Assembly: GCA_043228905.1 (NCBI GenBank)
Contig: JBHGNT010000010.1
Span: 4,774,001 to 4,838,000 of the forward strand
Source: Azolla caroliniana
Taxonomy: Eukaryota; Plantae; Polypodiophyta
Direction: 5' to 3'
DNA: 64,000 nt
In this document: piece after piece, positions 12,087 to 25,500 of the stretch
How the letters are laid out: each line of letters begins with the position of its first letter
How positions within the stretch are numbered: position 1 is the first letter of the stretch
Notes under the pieces: generated by a model
The model's database searches: none
Seen by the model: the letters and a program-made list of their open reading frames with translations, nothing else
What the model was told of the DNA's origin: nothing
Made by a program: the position numbers and the translations under genes

Positions 12087-14775
12087 ATGGCGGGCAAGAA
12101 GAAGGCCCGATCAAGCAGCGGCAGCTCATGGTTCCTTGCGACTAGTGCAATATTAAAGAAGGCTTTCTCAGCGCCCATAATCACAACTAATCCTAACCCC
12201 ACCAGTAATCAGACCAACCCCACTAATCATCACACTAATCACTCTTGTAATCATTCTGATCGCACTAATCCACAGTTCCATAATCAGCCCTGTGGCGCCC
12301 CAGAGATTAAGGGATTTAGTGGTGATGGTGATGATCAACAGGTACTTCCTCCTTGATCCATCTTTCATTAATCCATTTGCAATATTGATCACCTCAGCCA
12401 TTAATCACGATCAGAAGATCAGTTAATCCTCACTATCATCATCATCATCATCATATCACTAATTATCATCAGAAGAGATTCACACATCATTAATGCCTAT
12501 AATTGTGATGATTATTCGCTGCAGAAATACGTTAAACCCACATCGTCAGACTCCAAACGAAATCGATGGATCTTCCGCTTCTATCGATCGTCCTCATCAT
12601 CACAGAACCAGAACCAGAACCAGAGTCAGGATCATAATCCTAATCCTAATCCTAAACTTAGCAGAAACGGTAATAAAGAATTACCACCACCACCACTGTT
12701 GATTGGCGATGATGAAGATCAGAAGATTAGCTCCAAATATGGTGGATCACGGCAACAAATGCAGCAAAGACAGCAGCAACAGAACCAGGCGATGGTGGCG
12801 GTTGCGGCGGCGGCGGCAGAGGCGGCGGTAGCAGCTGCAGAAGCGGCTGCGCATGTCGTGAACCTCACCACGCCCAACCTGCGCCACCGCCATAGCCAAA
12901 CCCGATCTCAGAATGACATAGAAACCCCGAAATCACCTGCTTATCGCCATAGCCATAGCCAGATTCATCAGATTCATCGTAATTCCTTCAACATTAAGGC
13001 TACATCTAAAATGATCGATCATAGCAGTTACAACAATCAAGCCCGCAGCAGTGAAAAATCATCATCTATTATGAGTCAGACATGCGAAGCTCGATCGGTA
13101 GCAGAGGCCACTGCATCCGCCACAATCACCGCCGCCGCCGCCGCCGCCATCCGAATCCAGGCAGCATTCAGAGGATTTCTGGTATGGTTCCAAAAATAAT
13201 TCATGGCTGAAAGAGGCCATCTTTGATTGTAGGGTTTTAGGGTTGAATCCGTTTCCAAATTACATAGGTATAATCAAACATGTCCTTTAATTATTTCTGC
13301 CAAAACAAAAAAAAAAAATCGGTAGGTTAGGAGAGATATGCGGGCCTTGATACGACAGAGGCGATTGGCGCGGTGGCGAACCGACAGGCGGCGGGCGGCT
13401 GATTTGAGCGATCTGTCTGCTGAGCGGCAGGCATCGGCGGCCCTGCGCTGCGTGCAGGCGTTGATGAGGACGAATGCGGCGGCGGAGGCAGCAGGAAGAG
13501 GAGGAGGGTGGAGGAGAAACCCTAATCTGCCACCGCTGGCAGCGATCGATCGCTCCATGAATAGCAGTAGTACTCATCAATCGTATGGTTCCCACAGCAG
13601 TGATCATCGGGTAAAGCATTTTGCGATCATTCAGATCTGAAAACACCTTCTGCTGTAAAATTCTGTGTCCAGATCGATTCTGCGTCGGTCTGATTTGTGT
13701 CGCCTGCAGAGGAGGAGCGGCGATCGGAAGGAGGAGGAGGAAGAAGAGGTGGAGGAGGAGGAGGAGGAGGAGGAGGAGGAGGAGGAGCGGCTGCGTGGTG
13801 GGCGCCAGGAATGGGATGATCGGATGCAGACATTGGAGCAGATCAAAGCGAGGGAGAAGGCGAAGCGAGAGGCGGCGATGAAGAGAGAGAGGGCGATGGC
13901 GTATGCGTTCTCTTCGCAGCAGGTAATTCTGTTCTCAAATCACAGAGGTTTAGGGTTAGTTAGGTTAGGGTTTAAGGTTTAGGGTTTAGGGTTTAAGGTT
14001 TAGGGTTTAGGGTATAGGGTTTAAGCAGAGGATGAACTTGGAAAAACATTTGCAGCAGAGGAAGGAGGAGGGGGATGGATGGGACGGCGGCGGGATGAGG
14101 GGCATGGGCTGGAATTGGCTGGAGCGATGGATGGCCACGCGTCCATGGGATGGTCGCCGCCGCCGCCGCCGCCGCCATTCACCGGCGGCGGCGCCGCCTA
14201 TACCGGCCGGCCGTTGGTCGGCGCCGGTGACTCCACGACAAGGAATCCCGCCGCCGCCACAAGGGAAGCCATTAGCGCACGTGGCTCCTCTACCGCCGCC
14301 GCGAGGGAAACCATTAGCGCACGTGACTCCTCCGCCGCCGCCGCCGCCGCGGGGGAAAACATTAGCGCACTTGACTCCTCCTCCTCCGCCGCCGCACCAA
14401 ATTAGGGGCTTTTCCCACGACGCCGGCGGTGCTCCTGTATATAGCTCCCTCCATCACGCCGCCGCCGCCATCCCGAGCTACATGGCGCCCACCGAGTCGG
14501 CGCGTGCCAAGCTCCGGCCGGACACGACCCACGAGCTTCTCCTATATCGGTGGCGCTGCCGCCCGGCGTCCACACGGGCCTCGAGCGTCCATTCCGAAGA
14601 CCCGATCTGCCCTTCGCCCGCCACTACTACTACTACTACTAGACCCAAATCTCGCGATGCCTTCGTGTACCTGTCCGACAAGAACTCCGACACAAATTCC
14701 GACTCTCTTGTGGTCTCGGACTTCTACCGCCGCGGACGCCGACACCACCACCACCACCACAAGCACTACTACTAG
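12087..14775 (+). CDS. IQD: IQ67-domain (IQD) calmodulin-binding protein with DUF4005, ~718 aa, 5 exons
   Basis: Exons 12087-12341, 12525-13181, 13326-13610, 13710-13922 and 14029-14775; all introns GT-AG and phase 0, frame continuous. Motifs MAGKKK..SWF..KKAF, KRNRWIF, AAEAAVAAAEAAA, AAIRIQAAFRGFL with the family-typical phase-0 intron after it, WDDR..EAAMKRERAMAYAFS, GWNWLERWM..RPW and PSYMAPTESARAK. Confidence 0.92.
13946..14025 (+). repeat. Interstitial plant telomere-type (TTTAGGG)n array within IQD intron 4
   Basis: About 11 perfect or variant units (TTTAGGG, TTTAAGG, TTAGGG, TATAGGG). Confidence 0.9.
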
Positions 14776-16428
14776 TACTAGTAGTACATGGCACCTTTGG
14801 CGCATAGTGTCCTTAGGACACCACCAAGGAAGAGAAGGGTGTGTCTTTTTAAATTTTTTCAAACAAAAACCTCTAGCTCAAAAGGTTTTTGAACCGTTAA
14901 GTCATGGTTCCTAACGGTTCGGTTCGGTTCGAGCCGAAACTTGTCCCATCCATCGCTAGACACAATATATTAGATTGACCTACTCAAATGCCCCCCCCCC
15001 CCCCCCTTCCACCATATGTGCCAGGCCATCACGCGCAAGTTTTCGAAAGGTCCAAAAGTCTTGTTTAGACGTAGATGTATCTCTTCTTGAGTGGGAGTTT
15101 AGCGGGAGGGTGCCTTGTTTTGGTTTCACATTGCATCCAACGGACACATTGGGGGGGGGCCTTTCCTTTCGGGCGCAAGCCACATTGCAACCTTCACCTC
15201 GTGAGACTTCTCTCAACGTGCACCTTGGGGATGTCTCTTTGCTCCCATTCCATTTGGCCAAGTCGTAAATAATGTCCATGACTCGTCCTGGGTTTCAAAA
15301 TCGTATGTAGGCAGGCAACAACACCACAACCACATGCTCCCCCCCCCGTACATCCATATGCTTCAACCACTTGGTATTCGGAGTAAGATATCATCACTTG
15401 GCATTTAGCCTTCCACATTCGATCCCATTATGTTAGATTTCTAACGCCCCTAACATATACTTGTAAGTTGTATATATATCCGCAAATGACTACTTCTTTG
15501 TATTTTCAAAGAGTACTCTCGTATGGAAACCATTTATCCAATGGAAAAGTCGATGATCAAGAGTTCCTATAAGATCATGTATTGCTCTTATGAACCTCCT
15601 GAAGCCCACGTGATATCCTTATCTTTGTATTCGTTGAGATATTATGTGACTCAAACGACAATTCTTATATAACGACTTCTCGCTTTCTCCTCCGCGTAAA
15701 GGATATTGTTGTCGGCAACCTAGTACAATAATTGTTTCATGTGTAAGCTTTGCTACTTGATCCATTCTTTAGATGTTGCCAAATAATGGAATATTTATTT
15801 TAAAATTTCAGCGTATCCTTTAGACGTTGCAGATGCCACAATTGTGATTATACTATTGGACATGTATTTCATTGCCCATTCTAATTCATTTAGGACCTAT
15901 CAAATCAGTACGAATTTCTAATTTGAACATAAACTATACTGTCAATTTCCATACAATTTCAAGTCTATCCTTGGACTTGCGGTCAATTTTCTATCCCAAC
16001 AATTTTGGCACCTTGCACAATCACAATTTCGTCATGGATTTAATTACGCCGATAAACGACAAATATTGGGAACTAAACTTTTTTTTTATCCTTGAGGCTC
16101 TTTCTATAACCCCCTCTTATCTTGTGATATCAAAGCTAGTAGTTACCACCTACCTCGTATACATATTGGAATCCTTTCAATTGGAAAAGCAAGATTATGT
16201 ACACTTTTATTATTATTATTAATGTTAGTTGCATTTTCATTTAACCTTGTGATATATACCTTGATATCGAAGCTTCCACTTGGTGTGCTTTACATTATGC
16301 ATACCTCACATGTACAAATATCATGAAACTTACCACATTTATCTTCCAAACTTACACATGGATCATCTAGGAATGTGATTTCTCTCGCTATTCGTATTTT
16401 ATTAATAGAGGGAGAACTTTAATGTCAA

Positions 16429-16599
16429 AAACCATTGATGTTTCATAAGTATATCTAAATGGTGGCACACCCTAGTATAGTAATGCATGAGTGTTCAAAT
16501 TATCACAATATTAGAAACCATTGATGTTTCATCAAGTATATCTAAATGGTGGCAAACCCTAGTATAGTAATGCATGAGAGTTCAAATTATCACAATATT
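16429..16599. repeat. Tandem duplication, ~86-bp unit x2
   Basis: AAACCATTGATGTTT...CAAATTATCACAATATT repeated with few differences. Confidence 0.9.
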
Positions 16600-19500
16600 T
16601 GCATCGTGTTACTTGATGTCTCTATTAGTCCCTTTTCATGTTGAGTTCTTTTTAATATCGTTTCCCACTTGTGAGGCTTTATTGAACTCATCGACAATGC
16701 AATTTAGGTTCAACCCCAAATGATACCTCTATAAGAAATTGGTGTGACACTTGTAACAATATTGTGAGGACATACTATCTCCAAGCAAAACATCACTCTC
16801 TATGTGTGTGGGGGATGCTTTTGAGTTCATGGTAACATACAACTTGGTAATGAGACAACAAGCGCTTTCCAAGACATTTATGTTTTTCATACACAAGCTC
16901 CCACGTTAACCGTGCTTGTGGTTCATAAATTGGGAAGGGCCACCCTTTGGCTACGAGTTTGAGATTTGTGTAAGTGTGTCTTCCTCTAATTGAGTATGGG
17001 GTACATGTGCTCATGAACAAGTTGACAAGAGAGAAAGCCCTTGGTAACTTAAAACATGTTTGAGATTTGGAATCCTCCAAATACTTAAGTGAAATTGGAA
17101 CTTTGTTGGTGTTGACAATAGGTTAGAATGTTCTTGAAGCTACGACTCCTTCACTCTCGATGGACAACCAACATAGAAACTCGCTAGCCCAAGTGTTACG
17201 AGCATAGCCATATGGTATTATAAGTTGTAGTTCTCTAAGCTTAAGGGTTAGTACGTGTGGGCTAATTCAATATGAATGAAGGGTAAGGTTTGAGTTATTC
17301 TCATGGTAAGGGACAACTTTTGAGTACGTTATCACTTGAACACTTCTGATAAAGTAGTCAGATGTGAAATAGATAGGGGCTTAGGGTTTGAACATATGTA
17401 TAAAAGAAGGCTAGCCTACTTTCATGAAGGGGGAGACTTTGATACCGGGGCAAAGCTCTAGTTGCATGTGTGTGTTCATCCTCATTCAAACCCAAGGTAC
17501 GATCCATGTCAAAACTCAGTTGTATGGGATGTTGGTGGGGGACTCGTATCAATCTCTCACAACCAGTAGTCTTTTATTTTGCATAAAAATGATACTAATT
17601 TGGTCTTAAGAGATCGCCCTTTCTTGCTTATTCTCTTTTTTATTTTGCTTAACATTCATGAAGACTCTTACACGAGGGGTATATGTAAAATTTGTACTAT
17701 CACCAACTTTCTTGCTAGTAATTTATATTATTGTTGGAAACCCTTGATACGAGTGTAAAATCTTAAGTTACAAGTACAACTTTCATGGATTTTAAACGTA
17801 CACAAGGGAAATGAACTTTGGATCGAGCATATCTTACACTATACTGTTTGATGATGCGCACATGTACGTTGTGCCTGTCAATCACAAGGTAGAACGATAT
17901 GAAATGATCATTATCTATCACAACATCCTTATAGATCTTATTTCTTTTCTTGTTATAACTTAATATGACTTGACTTTTGAGCTGCATCATGAAATGAGTG
18001 ACTTCAACGAAATCCAATCAAGTTGTCACACTCAATGTCATATTTTATGTTACTTTCTTTTAGTTGGATGTCAATTTTGATGGTAATGAAAGGACAATAC
18101 AACCACCCAAAATTTGATGTTCACATTGCATACTATTGATCAATTATAGGGAAAAACACATACCAAATTATCTACGCAGATTTTTCTTTCTACATCTCCA
18201 AATAAGCCTCAAGTTTGGTATTTCCTCAAAAGTCCTTTGCCAAGCCTCGAAAATACATTAAAGGTGATGCCTTGACCATATAATTCCTCAGATAGCAGAT
18301 ATAATTGAGTGGAGGAGGATAAGCTAACCATATAACTGCTCAAATAACACATATGATTGCTCTCGAAAACATTGGGACAATTTAGAGTTGCCCCTAAGTT
18401 AAACCAAGCTAATTAACTTTAGGAGTAGTTAATATACAAATGAAACTCTTTTAGTTCTAAAATATAAATACAAAACCCTAATTAGAAATTAAGAGTTAAC
18501 ATATAAAACCTTCTTTTTATCAAAAGATAGGTGGTTTGAATATTCCTAATTAACATTTAACTCCTAACGTTGTTATTGATTGGATGACCTAGAATTTCAT
18601 GGTTACCCCATCATTGGATATCAAGATTATTGAACTAGATTCTAACTTGAACTACAAGGTTGTAAAGCACAATCTCTTGATCATCGTCCATATAAAAATG
18701 ATATGAAATCCAAATCAACATACAAAATAAGTTATTTCAAGTAAAAAAAAAGTGTGACCTAGGTTTTATAGAGAAATTCACTATTATTTGGTCGACAAGT
18801 TTGTATTCTTTTGGTTGAGGTATACAACAATTCTTGATCCTTTAATATTTTTGTTACTCGAGAATATAGTTCCTAACAATGTCCATTTGCCACCTTTGCA
18901 TGCATTTTATGGGGAGGAATGGCGGTAGATATCAATTGTCTTATGTTATGGTGTGAAATCAAACATCATGCCTAAGCTAGAATATTGGAATTTAGAGTGT
19001 TGTGCATATGTAAGAAGAGTGGGAACAAATGGAATGATCTTAAGGAACCGTCACGTGTAGCAGTGTTTTGAGGTGGGGGTTGAAAGCAACACCTTTGGGT
19101 GTTATATACAAACCTTCAAGTAATAAGGTGACGTGGTAGTTGAGAGGAGGAAATGTATCCACCCTAATGATCGTATCATCGTTATTGGGAATATTGTCGT
19201 AGAAGGTATCTATTTGGTCATAGACCCCTTGGACTTGGCTTCAACAATGTTGAAACCTTGGATTATAAGCGGAGAATATAACAGTTACTAGAACTCGAGA
19301 GTTTCATGAGGTTCAAAAGGATTCTCTTCGCCTTCCTAATTGTGATTATTAAACCATCCTAGTAATGCTCTCAATTAATAAATTCAAACTTTCATCTTAT
19401 AAATGGTAAGGCAAAAATTTGTTTTTGTTTGGATATTATAGTTTTTGAAATATATAGGTTCTATAAGCTACATATTAAAATGGCACAACTTTTGAGTTGT

Positions 19501-21146
19501 CTAATGGTAAGTTCATACTAATGTGGCCCATTCCACCTGATAATGAGATGAAATTTAGAACGATTACCTCCGGTTTGCATTGAAATGTAAGAAAGATCAT
19601 AAAGCAATTGCAAATAAAATTCTTACTTGAAACAAAAGTTGACCTATTTATTGTAAACCATTTTACGTCTAAGAATATTCAAATATCTTTGTAGTGACAT
19701 TGCAATGATTAAGTCATAATCATTGTTTACGTTTTAATAATTAAGTCATAATCATTCTTTATGTTTTAATAATGCCCGACCATCCATATGTTGCAGCCAA
19801 ATTCTCTTTCTCTGAAATCCACATCACACATGTTCGTCTCTCGTTATGGGATGTCAACAACAATTGTCATAGGTGGAGCAGTAAGGAAAATTGAAGTGTG
19901 AGTCAAGCTCTAGAATAATAGTTTATAGCTCCCTACCTTGTATGACACCCTATTATAAAGTTTTAATGAACCTTAATGGTTAATAATTAAATACCTTCAT
20001 CATCAACTAATTAAAACTTTTGAACTAAACAGTTATTTGAATTCCTATAGATTATAATGGAGGACATATCTTCTTCACCAACTAATTAGGAGTTTTGAAC
20101 GAAGTGGTTGTACACCCTCACGTACATATGTTCTTTCATGCCCATGTCTTCTTGAGGAGTAATCAGGAGGAGTATGTCTATCTACCCAATGTAGATCACA
20201 AAATTACTAGTTTACATTGCAAAAATGGATGCCTTTCCATAGAATAGTAAAGAGAAAAAGGTTTGCAAGTTGTTGTCTTGCAAAGTGTCCTTCTAATAAA
20301 GAAGATTCTTTAGATTCACATTTCGGAGCTAAAACAAGTTTTTGTTTATAAGATTGTTTTGTTTTATTCATCTTTTGCTATAGTCCATCTACCTAATTTC
20401 AAGGCCTTATTAAACAAGGAAAGCTGATAGAAACTTGTGAACCGTAATTGCTCATGCTCATGTTTTTGAGTTCTCTTCTACAAAATGTTATGATTTGGCA
20501 TGTAAGCTTGAAAAATGTTATGAACATTCATGGAATGTAAGCCCTCCAATCCTTAGATTGAGTGAAAATAGTAGTTCAAATCATTTGTAGTGTTTTGTGC
20601 CAAAGATATCAAAGATTAGACGTTTGTTCCTTTGCCCAACCAACTTTCGCCCACATTAAAACTACATGGGTCCCTAGGGGAGCCAATAACATTTCATAAA
20701 GGTGAATTATGATTAGAACAAAACTTCATCCACGTAGTATCATTCTGTTTCAAAACATAACACGCTTATAAACTCCAAACTTTTTTCTTGTAATTATATG
20801 ATCCCATTCGTTTCTTCCTTTCACTTTGTATGAATTTTTTTATTATTTCGACAACCATGCAAGAGTCAAGGTGTCACCAAGTTATGTAAATGTAGACTAA
20901 AGGTTATACAACATGATTTAAGGTCAATAAGTCACCTAGGTTATGTAAATGTAGACTAAAGGTTTGGGGTGCTATATCCTCTCCTTCATTTTCTAGCCTC
21001 TTGTCATTTACCATGATGGCAAAGAAAGTATCTCATACAACAAACACAATTTTGGCAATATTTAGCCTACCAAGTGTGTCTTCATAGTCCTTGGTTTTCA
21101 ACACTTTTCTTATGAATTTAGAATAGAAATGATGGTCTTATCCGTT

Positions 21147-21326
21147 TTGACATTTGTTACATTGTATGGTAAAAATGAATGTGCAAGGGTATAACAAAGT
21201 AGAATGCATACCTTGTTGAAATGCTTGACTTGGTAATTGACATTTGTTACATTGTATGATAACAATGAATGTGCAAGGGTATAACTAAGTAGAATGCATA
21301 CCTTGTTGAAATGCTTGACTTGGTAA
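21147..21326. repeat. Tandem duplication, 90-bp unit x2
   Basis: TTGACATTTGTTACATTG...GCTTGACTTGGTAA repeated with about 3 mismatches. Confidence 0.9.
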
Positions 21327-22034
21327 TAGCCCTGATTTATAAAAAATAACATGTCATCCAAGAAGACTCACACCATAAGTTTAGGCACAACTTACACTAT
21401 AAATTTAGGCAGAGTTCCTACAATTTAACGCATAAAATAAAAATAAAATTCAAAATTTGTACAAGGAATCCATGGTATAGTAGAGATCTATGGAGAAGAA
21501 AAAGTTGTACAATTTAGTTAGAGACAATCAATTACCATGACCAATGGAACCTAATAGACAATGTGCCCTAATGTAAGCATACAAATCTTGTAACCTTTAG
21601 CTTGGCGTGTTCTTTCACCTTGGGTCTCTCATAGAGTTACCAACTAGTGCACATATAAGGTTCTCCCTAGGACCCTATCTAAAACTTGGCAATGGGCGCA
21701 CTACACTTTCAATGGGGCCATGGTGTGGTTGTGATCTTCGATGATAGGGTGAAATGAGTTATGGGTCGAACAAAAGCAAAAGACGGTAGCAGGTGAAAAT
21801 GGCTAGAAATCTTACGGCCCCGAACACCTTAATGGATATGAGAATGGCGCATAGTATAATTGAATGTGATCATTGGAAGGCCTAATTAGAGGTGTTTGAT
21901 TAATATATACATACAACAAAAAGGAGTGGTGAATGGTGTGTGGTGGAGGGCTTAGCTTATAAGTTATGTTATGATGATGAGCATTATCATGGTGTTAAAA
22001 AGAAGGATTTGTAGAGGTTTTAGGTCAATTTTAG

Positions 22035-22071
<37 letters not shown>

Positions 22072-22078
22072 GCATAGA

Positions 22079-22801
22079 TCATGATGGTTGATGATGAATC
22101 TGCATGGATGCCATGGATGAATGGATGGAATGAGTACTTTCTTCAATGGTTTGCAACCTTGGAACCCATGTTGTCCTGCAACGATGAAGAACTGCAGATG
22201 GACATGGTGGTTGTTGAATCTGCCCTCTTGTGTTCTTGATGCTAGGGGAAGAACCCATCTCTGTTTTCCTGATCCTAGGAGAAGCACCCATCTCTGTTGT
22301 CTTGATGATAGGAGAAGAACCCATCTCTGTTTCTCTACGATGAATTGAACCCATCTCCGGTTTCCGACGATGAATCGAACCCATCATCTCCGGTTTCCGA
22401 TGATGAATCGAACCCATCTCCGGTTTCTTCACATTCCTGCTCATAGCCACTGATGCTGAGTTCCTTGCAAGCCTTGAGCTGATGGCCTGCTTTTGTAAGC
22501 TTCTAGAGCTTGGTAGCAACAGATAGAGTTTACCAAGGCTTAACTCTTCATGTTGTAGAAGGATTGAGAGTGGATGGATTCCTGGTTTTAGAGAATCTAA
22601 TGAGCAAATGAAATGGTGGGGGTGATCTACTAACACTTGGATGGCCTTAATGGGCACCTTAAACCTCAAAACACTCCCATCCACTAGCAACACCTTTGCA
22701 ACATTATTATTACCACATGCCCCATAACCTAATCTTCTATCCCTTGTATTATTCGATACCGACCTTTCATGTAAGCTAACGCAAGACGAGAAATTGCCCA
22801 T
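22079..22801 (-). CDS. PADRE (DUF4228) domain protein, 240 aa, intronless
   Basis: MGNxxSC acylation-type N-terminus, AKVLLVDG, PHHFIC, EELSLGKLYLLLP and C-terminal WVPRLQTIEE (WxPxLxxIxE) motifs. Confidence 0.88.
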   Translation of the reverse strand: MGNFSSCVSLHERSVSNNTRDRRLGYGACGNNNVAKVLLVDGSVLRFKVPIKAIQVLVDHPHHFICSLDSLKPGIHPLSILLQHEELSLGKLYLLLPSSRSLQKQAISSRLARNSASVAMSRNVKKPEMGSIHHRKPEMMGSIHRRKPEMGSIHRRETEMGSSPIIKTTEMGASPRIRKTEMGSSPSIKNTRGQIQQPPCPSAVLHRCRTTWVPRLQTIEESTHSIHSSMASMQIHHQPS

Positions 22802-24299
22802 ATGTGTTGTATGCCTTGTAAAGGAATGCTCTACTATGGAGTAGATAAGCTAGTAATGGATCGAGAGAGCTTATAGAGTCCTCTTGTAAGAGCAATGGAG
22901 AAAGAGATCAGAGGTTTGGGGTTATGATAAATTGTATAATCTTCCTCCTGATGTGGGTGGATAGATAGATGGAGAGGGATTTGTAATTGGAATGAGGGGG
23001 CTTAGGATTAACAATAAATATATACTACCATTACGAAAACTTAATGTACCTAATGAGCAATGTAGGGATAGAATATAAGAGTATAAAAATAAGTGAATTT
23101 GTAAAGGGAAAAAGGGATGAAGGAATAGTGAGAGAGAGTGAGTGCACCACACTTCAAAGGGATGATCCCCCAAGTAGGGTAAGGGTAAGGTTGGGACCCA
23201 TCACTTCTTTTGTGGTTATTGAACCCATCACGTTCCACTATTGTCCCTCTTTTACAAGACCTTCCCTTGTGATTGAGCATTCTTGTCTCTTGGACTCCCT
23301 TACGTCGCGTAAACAACCACATGGGCATGGATATGGACATCACGATTCCAATCATGCCTAGAACATGATTCTTAGATCTCCCTCCCTCTCCATTTCTCTC
23401 AGCCTAGAGGCTAGCCTCTTGGCATGAAATGATGGGGTCATGTTACATGTAGAGTATTAAGAAGAAAATCTTTCTCCTTTCTCTCGTGAATGTGAATGAT
23501 AGTTTTGAAATGGAAGACTTACCCTTTAAAACACATTGGAATGGTGGAGTCGGTTGTAGAAATAAGACGAATAAATGGTCTCTTTTTTGCTTTGTTTAAC
23601 ATGATTGTGTGTGTTCGAAATAGAAGACTTTAGATAGGAAGACAACAAGTTTTTGGGTCCTCATGTTGTCCTCTCACCTTTAAGAAAAGACATTTGGATT
23701 CAAAATTACATCCATGATGTTTTGTATCGTGCCATGGGCCATGTAGGATGAAAATAGTTTGTAAAGTGTCCTTACTTTCATATTCTCTAACACTAGTGAG
23801 AGAGAGTTGGGTAGTTATGTATAGTGTAAGAGTGCGTAAGGGAGGAAGATTTGTGAACAACCCTTTGAACAATTAAACAAGTATGATGCGCATGTGAATC
23901 TAGCAACACATAAACATAATTTTACTTTAATTTACACAAAAGAGAGACTTATGTGGGTTAACATATGTCCCTTACCCAATGTTTCCTTCAAAACTAGATG
24001 CATATGTAGCAATTTGGTGAACAATCGTCATGATCATGTGATGTTAAGGGATGTTGGAATGGTCCTCATTGTTTTCCATTCTCTTAGTTGTATAAGCAAA
24101 TTAGTGTGTGATTATCTATTACATGTAGAATGAGTGAGTGAGAGATAGTATCTTTTCAAATAAGGTGATTTTTTGTCCTCAAATAAATTACAAATTTGAT
24201 TAAAGAGTATGACAAGACTGTGAACCTTACATGTAAAATGTGAGAAATATGCTCGTCAAATATATGAAATGGACTCCTCATGCAATGAAATAAACTTTT

Positions 24300-25500
24300 G
24301 TCATTCCTTACCTAGATTTTGTTATTCCTACTCTATGAAATATGCCTATCACATTAGGGAGGGCAATCAAGAGCTCGATCATTGTGTCATTTATAGGACC
24401 ACAATCTTCATTACCGAGTAGTGGCACCATGTCCTTTTCTTTGAGGGTGTCACCCATATTTATTCCATTCACATAGGGCGGCATAAGACAATGATCTATT
24501 TGTCATGTGTAATATGACTATTTGTGTAATGTGGTGTCCCTTTTGTTTAATGTTGCTGTCCATATGTATTTATCTTGGTCACGTTAAGGGGAACGCGACA
24601 CAAAATTGTAATCTTGATTAGCAACATTGCCATGTGATGTCCTTTTTTGTTGATGGTGGCACCTATAGTTATTACAAGATCCACATTAAGGAGGATTGAT
24701 TGTGGAATGCTCTTATGTGTTTTTTTTTTCCATTCATTGCATTGTAACCATGCCATTTTCTTTGAAAGATATTCAAGCGCCACCCATATTTATCTAATCC
24801 ATGTTATGGATGGAAATCTTAAGTCAAAGAATATCATTAACATGATTATTATATGTTTATTTTGTCAAGGTGATTCGAAGCATATTTATCCCAAGACTCA
24901 ACAAAACTCGTGCATATTTCTTTCATATTGCACCCATATTTATCACACTCATGTTAGAGAGAATTGCAATTGTGCCATTATCATGTCCTTTTTATTTCCA
25001 CTCACATTAGAGGGGATCGTAGATGTAGACTTGCTACAATGTCCTTTATTGTCAATGCAACTCCCAAACTTATCCCATTCACTTTATGCCTACGAGAAGC
25101 TATGGCCTTGATGAAGATCAAGAGCATGATTCAGATCTTGATTATCAATGTAGGACCACCAATATTTATCCATTCAAATAATGGTGGGAAGACAAAAACT
25201 TGCATAATCACACTCTTGATTGCCAAGTTGATGGTAATGTGTATAAACCTTGAGTATTTGGTCTATGTCAAGAATGCCATGTACCTATGAATCCATTTAT
25301 GTGCTTGTACACCGAAGTCTATAAAGCTGTACACGAGCCATTTGAACTTTCTCCTTAGCCACTAGCCTAATATGAAAGGACAAATCATTTCATTTGAGTA
25401 GCCAACCACTTTCTATGGATAATGCTAAATCGAATCATCATGTGTGACATATATTTTGTGTCGTGCCATTCACAAAGCTCTTTAAGAAGAATGTACATGA
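24300..25500 (-). mobile_element. Possible degenerate LINE reverse-transcriptase remnant
   Basis: Weak fragments on the - strand (ALEYLS, HMAM.., RLVAK-like) resembling non-LTR RT. Heavily decayed, boundaries approximate. Confidence 0.25.

Noticed and set aside
14885-14960. GGTTCGGTTCGG motifs suggesting a hAT end
   Set aside because: No partner TIR or TSD found, so it cannot be delimited.
14975-20800. Short ORFs and probable old TE debris
   Set aside because: No convincing domains, termini or splice structure by eye. Needs a repeat-library search.
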